The notes beneath the pieces are model-generated. The model made no database searches and was not told where the DNA came from. It saw only the letters and a program-made list of their open reading frames with translations. A stretch of 60,708 nt of DNA, the filler included. It is 5 parts of 5 records of this genome, joined end to end, with 100 filler letters (N's around TTAATTAATTAA, not from the genome) between each part and the next. Parts side by side here need not be neighbours in the genome. Positions count along the whole stretch, not along the records: positions 1 to 17,615 come from SRR31156797_31978; 4 more parts are not named here. One strand, given 5' to 3'. Within the stretch, counting starts at the first letter, position 1. Each line of letters starts with the position of its first letter. Both the position numbers and the translations under genes were made by a program. Below, piece after piece: positions 1 to 9,478 of the stretch.

Positions 1-72
1 AGAAATGGACTCCGCCGGAAGGGCGCGCTTGAGCGCAATCTTAATCTTTCTCTTCTTCCCTCTTTCCCCCAC

Positions 73-113
73 AAAAAAAGCCCCGCTTGAATTTACTTCG
101 AGCGGGGCTTTCT
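73..113. terminator. Bidirectional intrinsic terminator
   Basis: Stem AAAGCCCCGCTTGAA / TTCGAGCGGGGCTTT with an A-run on the left and Ts on the right, just downstream of the minus-strand CMD gene. Confidence 0.8.
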
Positions 114-145
114 CTTAATCTTGCTTCGCAAGAGGCAGACAAACT

Positions 146-475
146 TTAATCAAAAAGTTTCTCTGCTTCTTCATATACATACCGCATGTACATCATCTTG
201 GGAGAACCACCCATTGCAACGGCCAAGAGGCCTGCATCGATGATTTCGTCCTTGGTTGCGCCGTGCGTGGCCGCATTCTGTACGTGCAGGGAAATACACA
301 TGTCACATTGGGACAGGATGGAGCAGGCAATCAAAATAAGGGACTGATATTTGTCCTCAATCGCACTGCCTTTCTTGATGGTTGCGGTGAACCCCTGGTA
401 GGCCTTGAAGACATCCCGGCGGTTCTTGTTCATCTGTCGGAAGAGATCGGTAGCTTTTTCAGCAGGTTCTTTCAT
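146..475 (-). CDS. Carboxymuconolactone decarboxylase / AhpD-like protein
   Basis: SQCDMCISLH CxxC motif and GATKDEI segment typical of the family. Start moved to MKEPAEK (ATG at 475, AAGGAG RBS upstream). Confidence 0.85.
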   Translation of the reverse strand: MKEPAEKATDLFRQMNKNRRDVFKAYQGFTATIKKGSAIEDKYQSLILIACSILSQCDMCISLHVQNAATHGATKDEIIDAGLLAVAMGGSPKMMYMRYVYEEAEKLFD

Positions 476-719
476 ACCATACTCCTTTAATAATACAGCG
501 CCGGTCCAAGAGAACATCTCTTGGGCCGGGCGCTATGAGAGGGAGAGAGTCCCGATTGGGTTAGACGTTGGGTACATCCAAAAAAAATGTCTGTAAAGCG
601 GAAAAATGACGTTTTTTTTGTCGTTTTGGCGAACTTTTTTGCGTGTTTTATCAAAAAAGCAACCGATACCACGTTCTTGGGCCTCAAAAGTGGTTTTCGG
701 TTTCGTTTTTGAAAGAAGA

Positions 720-1148
720 TCATGCGGGTGGTGCTTCGTTTTGCCTGAGTTCATGCCATTTATGTATACCCCGAATGGAGTTGATAAATGCGAGAATAAA
801 GAAAATAGCGAAAAACCCACTGATGAGAGCTTGAATTGGTATAAAGGTCATTTTCAAGATAAATACGGAAAGGTACAGAATAAGCCCGGCAATGGCGGCA
901 ATTTTGTATTTTTTATGAATGCCTATCCCGATCAGGGCGAACAGGGCGACATCCACAAGGGGCAGCAGGTCTACTGACTGCCCCGGATAATCGAGGATGA
1001 ACATCACTGTGTTAAGTATTGTGAAACCACAGATGACACCGCAGGCCCAGACGCCCTGTGATGCAGCATAGTGGGCAATCTCGGAATCGGTTATTTTGGG
1101 CCAGAACTTGTTGAAGTCCTTTCGTGGTTGTGTGTTCTTTTCAGACAT
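720..1148 (-). CDS. Hypothetical membrane protein (about 4 TM helices)
   Basis: 142-aa hydrophobic ORF 17 bp downstream of the ABC gene, same strand. Confidence 0.6.
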   Translation of the reverse strand: MSEKNTQPRKDFNKFWPKITDSEIAHYAASQGVWACGVICGFTILNTVMFILDYPGQSVDLLPLVDVALFALIGIGIHKKYKIAAIAGLILYLSVFILKMTFIPIQALISGFFAIFFILAFINSIRGIHKWHELRQNEAPPA

Positions 1149-1165
1149 TCTGAATCACCGTAGGT

Positions 1166-3697
1166 CTAATCCTCGTTGCCATGAATGAGCGTGTAAAGTG
1201 CGCCCTTTTGTTCGAGCAACTCTTCATATCCGCCTTGTTCGACAATACGGCCCGCTTTGAGAACCACGACCTTGTCATAGTATGGGAGCATATCCAGCCG
1301 GTGAATGACGGCCAGAACAGTGGATTTGCCTTTCCAGTTGTTGGTCAGGATATTTTGCACACGACCTTGTGATTTGTTGTCCAGCGCGGCGGTGGCTTCG
1401 TCCAGAATGAGGACCGGCGGGACTTTGAGGAATGTCCGTGCAAGAGCGACCTTCTGCCGTTGACCACCGGACAGCCTGTCGCCCATGGAACCGACTTCAA
1501 AGTTCAATCCCATTTCGGCCACAGGCTCCAGTGCGCCCTGCATGATAAGGGCCTGCATGATGCGATGGTTGATCTCGTCTTCAGCACCTTGAGCGTCGGC
1601 GCGAACACGGCCAAACAGGATGTTGTCCTGAATGTTCAAGGAGTCGATGTATTTGTCATGAGCGAAGAATTTGAATGAGTCAGGGTGCTCCTGCATTACT
1701 TTGTCCATGAAATCCTGACGGGAGCGGACCACGCGGTTGACGAATCCCTTGTCCAGTTCAATCTGGCCATGAATGCCGGGAATGTAGGCCAAGGCAAGTT
1801 TGAAGATCAGGCTTCGTTCTTGCTCGGAAAGAGGTTCGCCTGAATCCAACCGGTTGGCGACTTTTTGATATTCACCGTATTGGGCTTCCGGGATCGGGCA
1901 CCCAGAGAAGGCTTCATGATCAGGTTCCGGTCCCAATTCGTCGGTGACCATTCGTGCCAGAGTTTCTCCAAGAACGGTCAGGTGAGCGACAAGGCCATGT
2001 TCTTCAAGGAATTCGAGGAATTGGTCGTGTTCATGTAAATGTTCTTGATCAAATTTTTCGTCGACAGCCGCGCCGAATGCGATGTTTTCAGCCACTGTCA
2101 TGTATCGGCTGTAGTTATCTATATCGAAAAATTCGATGTGCTCGGCCACGTCTGCATACATACCGGCTTCGCCTTCTTGAAACTCCTGTCGTGAGGCGAG
2201 GATTGCTTCCTTGAGAGACTCGTCCGGGTTTTTTGTGTCCAATTTTGAGCGCAGTGCAAACGAGAGGATGTCCGTGAACAGGCCGACCTGTTGTGTGATT
2301 TTGATCAGGTCGTCACGGGTAGGTTCTTCACCTGATTGGGTGCAGCTGCCCCCTTGCATGGCCAGAGATTGGCAGGAATAGAGCAGATTCTCTTTGACGG
2401 TACCGTCGAAAATGAATGGATGCTGGGCCACCATTCCGAGATTGTAGGAAATATCCTGTTTGGTCAGCTCGGAAACCTCGCGACCGCCCACAAGTATACT
2501 TCCACCAGAATACTTATAGAGTTGAGCCACGCAGAGAGCCAGGGTCGATTTGCCGGAACCCGAGAACCCGACCAGAGCCACGTGTTCGCCGCCTTTGACT
2601 TTCACGGAGACGTTGTCGAGCAAACGAATATTACCGCCGACGACGAATGAAAGGTTGCGGACTTCGATATCGTTATCCAGTGCATAAGGTTCGCGACCTT
2701 CAGTAACTTGCCGGAATTCTGGAGCATGGTCGAAGGCGCGCATGATTTGGCCGTAACGGACAGAACTGTCCTGATATACCTGCCAGAATTCCATCAGCTC
2801 TTTCCAAGGGTCGTAAAGCTTTTCATACGCGGACAGGAAGGCCACGATGGCACCCACGTCAAAGTGTCCCTGAATGGCATAGTAACCACCGATGAGAAAG
2901 AGGACGAACGGCCCGAGGCTCATGAAGAAATTATTGACGAACTTGATGCCGAATTTGATGCTGTTCTGTGTCACTGTTGCTTTGTAAAGCTTGTCAATGA
3001 CAGCGGAGAAGCGCGCTTTTTCCAACGGAATTGATGCGTTGGAATGGACTTCGTGTACACCGGAGACGGCTTCGCCTACCAAACCGGATAATTTTTGGGT
3101 GTGCTCAATGCGTTGACGATTGGCTCGCCGGAAGTACTTCTGAATGCGGGGCAGGATGAGCAATTCTATCGGATAAATGGCAATTGAAATGAGGCCAATA
3201 GTTGGATTCAGGTGAATCATATATCCGGCCATTGCCAGAAAAGTCAGTACGTTGACCGCAGGCACGGCCACGGCTTGGCCGATAAACGTGGCCACAGGGA
3301 TGAATTCGGTGATAAGGTAGGAAATGACATTGCCCGGAGAAGTACGGCGATAGAACTGGACCGGTAGGGAAAGCAGGTGCTCATAAAGTCGTTCACGAAC
3401 AACCTTGAGTGTCTTTTCACCGATATACACCTGCATCAGGTTGATACAGTATTTGAGTATGCCCGCCAGGGTCACGGCGCCGATGTATAAAGCGCAATAT
3501 CGCCATAAGGCCGGGAGATCTTTTAGGCCGATGGCTTCGTTGATGATCCTCTTTTGCATCTCAAGTGGCAGGACACGCATGGCAACGGTGACCACGATGA
3601 TGCCCACAACGGCGAGTTGAAGAGGAATATTTTTATAAAGAACCCACGAATACAGTGCTGTTTTCGTGATGCGTTTATTATCGTTGGGATGCGGCAT
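1166..3697 (-). CDS. Fused ABC exporter permease/ATPase with a large insertion in the NBD
   Basis: N-terminal TMD, Walker A GFSGSGKS, LSGGQ signature, ILDE Walker B and H-loop. Start uncertain (3697, 3709 or 3763). Confidence 0.85.
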   Translation of the reverse strand: MPHPNDNKRITKTALYSWVLYKNIPLQLAVVGIIVVTVAMRVLPLEMQKRIINEAIGLKDLPALWRYCALYIGAVTLAGILKYCINLMQVYIGEKTLKVVRERLYEHLLSLPVQFYRRTSPGNVISYLITEFIPVATFIGQAVAVPAVNVLTFLAMAGYMIHLNPTIGLISIAIYPIELLILPRIQKYFRRANRQRIEHTQKLSGLVGEAVSGVHEVHSNASIPLEKARFSAVIDKLYKATVTQNSIKFGIKFVNNFFMSLGPFVLFLIGGYYAIQGHFDVGAIVAFLSAYEKLYDPWKELMEFWQVYQDSSVRYGQIMRAFDHAPEFRQVTEGREPYALDNDIEVRNLSFVVGGNIRLLDNVSVKVKGGEHVALVGFSGSGKSTLALCVAQLYKYSGGSILVGGREVSELTKQDISYNLGMVAQHPFIFDGTVKENLLYSCQSLAMQGGSCTQSGEEPTRDDLIKITQQVGLFTDILSFALRSKLDTKNPDESLKEAILASRQEFQEGEAGMYADVAEHIEFFDIDNYSRYMTVAENIAFGAAVDEKFDQEHLHEHDQFLEFLEEHGLVAHLTVLGETLARMVTDELGPEPDHEAFSGCPIPEAQYGEYQKVANRLDSGEPLSEQERSLIFKLALAYIPGIHGQIELDKGFVNRVVRSRQDFMDKVMQEHPDSFKFFAHDKYIDSLNIQDNILFGRVRADAQGAEDEINHRIMQALIMQGALEPVAEMGLNFEVGSMGDRLSGGQRQKVALARTFLKVPPVLILDEATAALDNKSQGRVQNILTNNWKGKSTVLAVIHRLDMLPYYDKVVVLKAGRIVEQGGYEELLEQKGALYTLIHGNED

Positions 3698-3866
3698 GTG
3701 ACCGTCCATTGTGCTGATTGTGAAGATTTTGCTTTGTATAAACGGAATAGGATGTTTTTCCAAGTATTATATAAGGGAAAAGCGGTTTCGCGGTGGACAA
3801 TTGGCCCTGTTGTATGGTCAAACTGCGAGTGGTGAACAAAAGGACGGCCTCATTGGGGAATAAGGT

Positions 3867-6455
3867 ATGAAATTTTCCATCCGTATTAAAATATTCGTTG
3901 TACTTCTGGCGTTCAGTCTGGGGCCACTTTTCCTTTCGCGTGGGCTTATGGGCAAAGCTTCCTCCGAGGCTGTACGAGATATGGCCGAAGAGCTGCGTAA
4001 GGAACTGCTCTTTATCGTTGCCTCAGAACTTGAATATAACGCTACGTCATTGTTGACCCTTCTTGAGCGCGGTGGGGAGACTATGAAATTAGCAGTGCGC
4101 GCCCTTGCCATTGATACTGGACGGGTTTTTGATCACAAAAAGCCTGCTGCTGAATCAAAAATTTATTATTCCATTGATTTTGCCGATCCCGACGAAGCTC
4201 CACCGGATGCAATGCCGCATATCGGCTATGTGCGAAAGACCATGTCCGGGCGAGAGCGGCCCATCAAAGTCAGTTTTGAGTATCCAGCAGTTCATTTATC
4301 CCATCGTGTGCGGGGAAAAGATGTAAAAAAGGATCTGCAACTGTTGCAGCAGTTGACCCCGACATTGCGTGGCCTCATTCAAGACATGACCGATGCTCCA
4401 TTCTGGATCAATGTCGGTCTTGAATCTGGTGTATTTCTGACCTATCCGGGGCATGGTGGACTTCCTTCCATGTACGACCACAGGGATCAGGATTGGTATC
4501 AAGAGTCCAAGGAATCAAACACATGGAAGTTTTATCTGACTGTTGATCCTGTCACACGGGCGACTGTGTCTACGATAGCTTTTCCCATTCGATCAAATGA
4601 CGGAACATTTCTTGGCTGCGCATCTTTGGATCTGCCTGCTTTTGCCATAATGGGTGAGGAGGAGTTGAAAGAACGGTGGGATGGAGAAATCCTTTCTTTC
4701 ATGGTCACCCGGGATTCTTCCGGAGATACTCAGAACAAAGGACTACCGATTCTTGCACAGAAAGACCCTCGTGCTGGCGGCCATCGTCATTGGATGTCCG
4801 GCGTCGAACAGGAGTGGTTAACCTTTGATGATCCTATTGGTACGGAAGTCCTATTGCACGCCATGGACATGCAAAAGTCCGGCACGGTGCCGCTTTCCTA
4901 TAAAGGGGAAGATTCTTTGTGCGCCTTTGCTTCCAACAGTTTTTATTCTTTTATTATCATCGCCCCTAAAAAGGTGGTTTCCAAATTACCAAATGCTGTG
5001 GCCGGCTCATTGGATATTCTGTTTGATGAAATGCGTTCTATTTCCTTCATAATTTCCGGTATAATGTTGATTTTTACCGGGGTAATCGCCTGGTTTGGTT
5101 CACGGGCAATCACCCGGCCTCTTCTCGCCATGACTGATGTGGCCCGGCGATTGGCTGGCGGTGATTTTTCGGCTCGCATGACGCAGAAAACCGGTGATGA
5201 GCGCGATGATCTTATAGAGTCCTTTAATGAAATGGGACCACAGCTTAAGGAATTGATGCGTCTCAACAAGGACATGGAACTCGCACAGGAAGTGCAGCGC
5301 TTGCTGCTGCCTCACTCCGAGCCATGTCTTGATGGATTCGATATTTCCGGTGGTATTTCCTATTGTGATCAGACCGGTGGTGATTATTACGATTTCCTGA
5401 ATGTTAAATGTCAGGATGGAGAAGCATTGGGAGTGGTCGTCGGTGACGTGTCTGGTCATGGCCTTCCGTCTGCCATGGTCATGGCCGCTGCCAGAGGACA
5501 GTTTCACACCCTGTCTAAAGTCACCATGGGGCCGCACGAACGGATGCAATCCATCAATGAAGTGTTGAGTCGTGATTTGGATGGGACAGGTCGATTCCTG
5601 ACGATGTTTTATCTGCGACTCAAGAAGAATGATGCTTCGGTTAAATGGGTACGCGCAGGACATGATCCGGCCATTCGATACAATCCGGACACCGATAGTT
5701 TCGGCGAGTTGCTCGGTGCAGGACTTCCGCTTGGGGTTTTAGAAGAGTATGAGTACGAATCCCATGAGACCCAGTTGGAGAACGGCGAGATTCTGGTGTT
5801 GGCCACGGACGGAGTCTGGGAGGCCCGGAATGATGAAGGCATAATGTTTGGAAAGAAGAGAATGCTTGCCATCATCAGAGAGAGTGCGCATAAAAACGCA
5901 GAGGGAATCCGTTTGGCGTTGATGGACGCCGTGGATCGCTATCAGGTCAATGGGCAGGAAGATGATATTGCAGTCGTTGTTATCAAAAAAACCAGCGGAA
6001 AGTGCATGCCTGGAGATACCGTCTCATTTCGTATGACCAATAAGGAAAACTGCTTTCGGTGTTTTCAGCCGAAAGTAGAGGCCTTTGGTGAGGCCAACGG
6101 TTTGTCGGGGAAAATAATTTTTCACCTGACATTGGTACTTGATGAATTGGTTACGAATATCATTGATTATGGGTACGCCGATTTCGACGAACATCCTATC
6201 GACGTTTCTTTGTCCATGGACGGAGATGTTTTGACTATCAAAGTGGAAGATGATGCCGAGCCTTTCAATATTTTGAAGGCCCCTGAACCTGAGTTGGATG
6301 TGCCATTGGAAGACCGTGATCGCCCCATCGGCGGCATGGGTATTCATCTGATCAAGAACATGGTGCATGGTATTGAATACGTGCGTGAAGGCGGCAAGAA
6401 CGTCCTTACATTGAGAAAAGATACAAGCAAGTCCTGCACTTCTGCGAAGGGGTAG
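3867..6455 (+). CDS. Membrane sensor: Cache-like periplasmic domain, HAMP, SpoIIE/RsbU PP2C phosphatase, RsbW-like kinase
   Basis: Two TM segments and HAMP; PP2C motifs GGDYYD, GDVSGHG, AGH, TDG, DDI; C-terminal ELVTNII...GGMGIHLI HATPase. Confidence 0.9.
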   Translation: MKFSIRIKIFVVLLAFSLGPLFLSRGLMGKASSEAVRDMAEELRKELLFIVASELEYNATSLLTLLERGGETMKLAVRALAIDTGRVFDHKKPAAESKIYYSIDFADPDEAPPDAMPHIGYVRKTMSGRERPIKVSFEYPAVHLSHRVRGKDVKKDLQLLQQLTPTLRGLIQDMTDAPFWINVGLESGVFLTYPGHGGLPSMYDHRDQDWYQESKESNTWKFYLTVDPVTRATVSTIAFPIRSNDGTFLGCASLDLPAFAIMGEEELKERWDGEILSFMVTRDSSGDTQNKGLPILAQKDPRAGGHRHWMSGVEQEWLTFDDPIGTEVLLHAMDMQKSGTVPLSYKGEDSLCAFASNSFYSFIIIAPKKVVSKLPNAVAGSLDILFDEMRSISFIISGIMLIFTGVIAWFGSRAITRPLLAMTDVARRLAGGDFSARMTQKTGDERDDLIESFNEMGPQLKELMRLNKDMELAQEVQRLLLPHSEPCLDGFDISGGISYCDQTGGDYYDFLNVKCQDGEALGVVVGDVSGHGLPSAMVMAAARGQFHTLSKVTMGPHERMQSINEVLSRDLDGTGRFLTMFYLRLKKNDASVKWVRAGHDPAIRYNPDTDSFGELLGAGLPLGVLEEYEYESHETQLENGEILVLATDGVWEARNDEGIMFGKKRMLAIIRESAHKNAEGIRLALMDAVDRYQVNGQEDDIAVVVIKKTSGKCMPGDTVSFRMTNKENCFRCFQPKVEAFGEANGLSGKIIFHLTLVLDELVTNIIDYGYADFDEHPIDVSLSMDGDVLTIKVEDDAEPFNILKAPEPELDVPLEDRDRPIGGMGIHLIKNMVHGIEYVREGGKNVLTLRKDTSKSCTSAKG

Positions 6456-6472
6456 GCATACGGAGGCATACA

Positions 6473-6805
6473 ATGGCAATGAATCAGGAAAATGAGAATG
6501 GTGTCATCATTCTTGCGGTAGACGGTAATCTTGATGCCGAGGGTACTCAGGCCATGGAAGAGAAAGTCCTTGCCTTGCTTGAGAGTGGTGAAACTAAATT
6601 GCTTTTTGACTTCACGGGGTTGGACTATATCAATAGCTCGGGCTTGCGTGTGCTCGTGCTCGCTTATCAGCGACTCAAAAAAGCCTCTGGCACTGTCGCT
6701 ATCTGTGGCGTCAAGGATTACATTCAGGAAGTTTTCGAAGTATCCGGTTACGACAAGATTTTTCCGTTGTATACCGTACGGGCTGATGCCTTGGCGGGAA
6801 TGTAG
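6473..6805 (+). CDS. STAS-domain anti-anti-sigma factor (RsbV/SpoIIAA-like)
   Basis: LDYINSSGLRVL phosphoacceptor motif; GGAGG RBS. Confidence 0.9.
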   Translation: MAMNQENENGVIILAVDGNLDAEGTQAMEEKVLALLESGETKLLFDFTGLDYINSSGLRVLVLAYQRLKKASGTVAICGVKDYIQEVFEVSGYDKIFPLYTVRADALAGM

Positions 6806-6988
6806 ATTCGATTCGTGATAAGGTCATCTGCGTCGCTGTAGGGTGTAATTTAATCGCTCTAATGGAGCGAGGTACGCCAGCGGTTAAATTACACACGCCA
6901 TCGACACATCTGATTTCTTTTTGAAAGTCTGCACCGTGTTGGGCAGAGCATCTTGTTGCTGCCTCATGTGAATATGAAAATATAAGAA

Positions 6989-7038
6989 GGTCTCATCTTT
7001 TTTCGTGAATACGGAAAAAGATGAGACCGGTTTTTTTT
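6989..7038 (+). terminator. Long hairpin / intrinsic terminator
   Basis: GGTCTCATCTTTTTTCGT-GAAT-ACGGAAAAAGATGAGACC (17/18 paired) followed by a T-run, between convergent genes. Confidence 0.7.
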
Positions 7039-7060
7039 ATCATGCAACTCACGAAAAGAC

Positions 7061-7131
7061 GCCGAAGGCACATTAAAAAGTTTTGGAGATTCTCAAGAAC
7101 TTTTTGAAAAAGGTTTTTGAGCCTTTGGAGG
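7061..7131. repeat. Putative REP-like palindromic element overlapping the 3' end of the EamA gene
   Basis: GCCGAAGGC mini-hairpin plus imperfect hairpin CTCAAGAACTTTTT/AAAAAGGTTTTTGAG. Resembles, from memory, interspersed repeats of Desulfovibrionaceae; single copy here. Confidence 0.45.
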
Positions 7132-8037
7132 CCTTCTCCTGAATTTGAGCCGTCCGTCAATAAGAATGGCCGCGGCTGAGACAATGAGCATGCCGATTAT
7201 GAGGCGCATGGTGAACGGTTCCCCGAGGAAGGAGATGCCGAGTGTTGATGCACTGAATGGGATGAGCAGGGTCACAAGGCTGATGTTGGTTGCTCCGGCT
7301 GACGTGAGTATGCGGAAGAAGATGAGAGAAGCAATCGTCGAACAGAGCAACCCCAGTCCTGTGATGGCGGCGAGGGTTTCGAGTCCCGGCATGGGTAATT
7401 CCCATGGTCTGGTCATAATGAGGACAACGGGGGCCATGACCAATGAGGCCGCAGAGAGCTGAAGACATCCCATGACTGTGGGGGACATGCCGGTCAGTCG
7501 TCTGGCGTAGGTTGCCGCACAGGCGTAGGACAGGGCTGCTCCCATGATGGCTATTTGTCCGAAAACGTGGTCGCCGAAACCCATGAGCGCGTCAGTGCCG
7601 ATGAGAGTCGCCACGCCGCCTAGACCGAGGGCCGCGCCGGAGAGTTTGCGCATGGAGAACCGTTCGTCCGCCGTGAAAAAGTGGGCCACTAATATGGTGA
7701 AGGCTGGAGTCGTGGCATTGATGACCGCGGCCAGGCCGCTTTCGATGTACTGTTGTCCCCAGACAATGAGGAAGAATGGAAGTGCCGTATTAAATGTACC
7801 GAGAACAGCAAGCTGTCGCCATCGGTGTAGATGAACACGGGCCTTTTGTCGGGTAATGAAAACCACGGCTATCAGGCCGAGGCTCCCAATTGAGATACGC
7901 CCGAACACGACCAGCATCGGCGGCAGTTCCCGCAGGGCTATTTCGTTGAAGAAGAATCCGCCACCCCAGATGATGGAGAGGGTTATGAGCATCAGCCATT
8001 CAATGAGGGTCATATTTTGTATGCCGCGTGCTTTCAT
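7093..8037 (-). CDS. DMT/EamA family transporter
   Basis: About 10 TM, IWGGGFFF start motif, ESGLAAVINATTP, two EamA halves. Confidence 0.9.
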   Translation of the reverse strand: MKARGIQNMTLIEWLMLITLSIIWGGGFFFNEIALRELPPMLVVFGRISIGSLGLIAVVFITRQKARVHLHRWRQLAVLGTFNTALPFFLIVWGQQYIESGLAAVINATTPAFTILVAHFFTADERFSMRKLSGAALGLGGVATLIGTDALMGFGDHVFGQIAIMGAALSYACAATYARRLTGMSPTVMGCLQLSAASLVMAPVVLIMTRPWELPMPGLETLAAITGLGLLCSTIASLIFFRILTSAGATNISLVTLLIPFSASTLGISFLGEPFTMRLIIGMLIVSAAAILIDGRLKFRRRPPKAQKPFSKSS

Positions 8038-8112
8038 GGTGCCTTTGTGCCTGTGAATTGGTGCTTGTTCAAGCGGATATCGGCGTTGGCTTTTACGAAA
8101 GCTATATGCCTG

Positions 8113-8151
8113 AAAATAAAAATCCGCCTGTCCCGATAAGGACAGGCGGAT
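8113..8151 (-). terminator. Intrinsic terminator of the LysM gene
   Basis: 12-bp stem ATCCGCCTGTCC/GGACAGGCGGAT with a U-tract on the minus strand. Confidence 0.8.
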
Positions 8152-8174
8152 ATGTATGTCTGGTGAGGCTAGCC

Positions 8175-8645
8175 TTAGAAGCTATAACCGAGAGCCGCGC
8201 GCATTTCTGCGGGGATCATGGCATCCTGTCCAGGCTCAAGAGCCTTCCAGGGAGCACCGGCTTCCTTGCGGGATGCCTTGACTTCTTCGAGGTCGAAACC
8301 GTAGCGGGGCACGTCAAACTGCTGACCGGGGTAGATCATGTCAGGATTGTTGATCTTGTCACGGTTAGCCTTGAAAATCAGGGGCCACATGAAGGGATCG
8401 TTGTACACGTGCTTGTACTCGGAAATCCACCACAGGCATTCGCCCTTGGTCACAGTGTGTGTCACCGGCAGAGAATCGTATTCAGCCTTGTAGACCTGCA
8501 TGGGGTCGACAATAACGACTTCTTCTTCAACGATGACTTCTTTTTCCTCAACGACAACCACTTCTGGCTCGGTTTGGACTTTTTTGGCGCAGCCCCAGGC
8601 AAAGACAAGGCACAGGGCGATTGCGAGTAAAATCAGCTTCTTCAT
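8175..8645 (-). CDS. LysM peptidoglycan-binding lipoprotein
   Basis: Lipobox AWG-C; HTVTKGECLWWIS...NPDMIYPGQ LysM domain; GAGGAGG RBS before MKKLILL. Confidence 0.88.
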   Translation of the reverse strand: MKKLILLAIALCLVFAWGCAKKVQTEPEVVVVEEKEVIVEEEVVIVDPMQVYKAEYDSLPVTHTVTKGECLWWISEYKHVYNDPFMWPLIFKANRDKINNPDMIYPGQQFDVPRYGFDLEEVKASRKEAGAPWKALEPGQDAMIPAEMRAALGYSF

Positions 8646-8698
8646 TGTGGGCCTCCTCAAAAAGATCGCATTTTGCAGATTCCAGTGTGAAAACTGGG

Positions 8699-9469
8699 TC
8701 AAGTATTTATTCTAGTTGCCCAATTATCAATAATTTTCTTTTCTTGCAACACTATTTTGCTGGTTGGGTTCTCGGCGAAGGCTTTCTCTATTGCCTGACT
8801 CGCTTCTTTCATCCATCCTCCCATACGAAGACTCTCACTGGCAAGGACGAACATGCGTTCCGGTTCATTTTCATAAATGGCGGAAATAAGGTGGTCGTAT
8901 TCAGTGCCGAAAACAGCCTTAACCAATTCGTTTTGTGAGAAAATATACCGTGCTAGTAACACATTCTCACTGTATCTATGAAGGTAAAATGGAAGAAGTT
9001 GTCGGCACTTGTCGATAATGAACCGGATACGGTCAATTTCGCGACGCATGGATTCTTCGGTTTGATTAAGAATTTGAAAAAGTTGATCCGTGATATCTTT
9101 TTCCGACTCGCTCAAATCTCCTTCGTGGAGTTTGTGAAACCATGGCGCGTAGTTTTGTTTTTGATAAGCGTCTTCCTTGAGCTTAGTGGCTTCATGGAAG
9201 ATGTAGCCGAGCGCCCAGTCGAGAAATTTTCCGCCCAATTGAGAATGAGGGTCGTTGCGGAAGACGTGGTGAGCTGTGTCTTTCATGCGCCAGAGCAAGC
9301 CCTTGTTCATTTCAAGACCGACGAGGTCTTTGATTACTTCAAATTCCACAGTCCCGTTTTCGTCGAACCCGATGAATTGAAGTTCAAGTTGTTCACAGGC
9401 CTGGCAGAAGAATTTGAACAAGTCCCGCACGAATTCGGGATGCTTTGTTTGTATCCATGCTTTTGACAT
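8699..9469 (-). CDS. Hypothetical protein (helical, possible C-terminal TPR-like repeat)
   Basis: 256-aa ORF tightly co-oriented between the kinase and the LysM gene. Confidence 0.7.
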   Translation of the reverse strand: MSKAWIQTKHPEFVRDLFKFFCQACEQLELQFIGFDENGTVEFEVIKDLVGLEMNKGLLWRMKDTAHHVFRNDPHSQLGGKFLDWALGYIFHEATKLKEDAYQKQNYAPWFHKLHEGDLSESEKDITDQLFQILNQTEESMRREIDRIRFIIDKCRQLLPFYLHRYSENVLLARYIFSQNELVKAVFGTEYDHLISAIYENEPERMFVLASESLRMGGWMKEASQAIEKAFAENPTSKIVLQEKKIIDNWATRINT

Positions 9470-9478
9470 GTCTATTCC

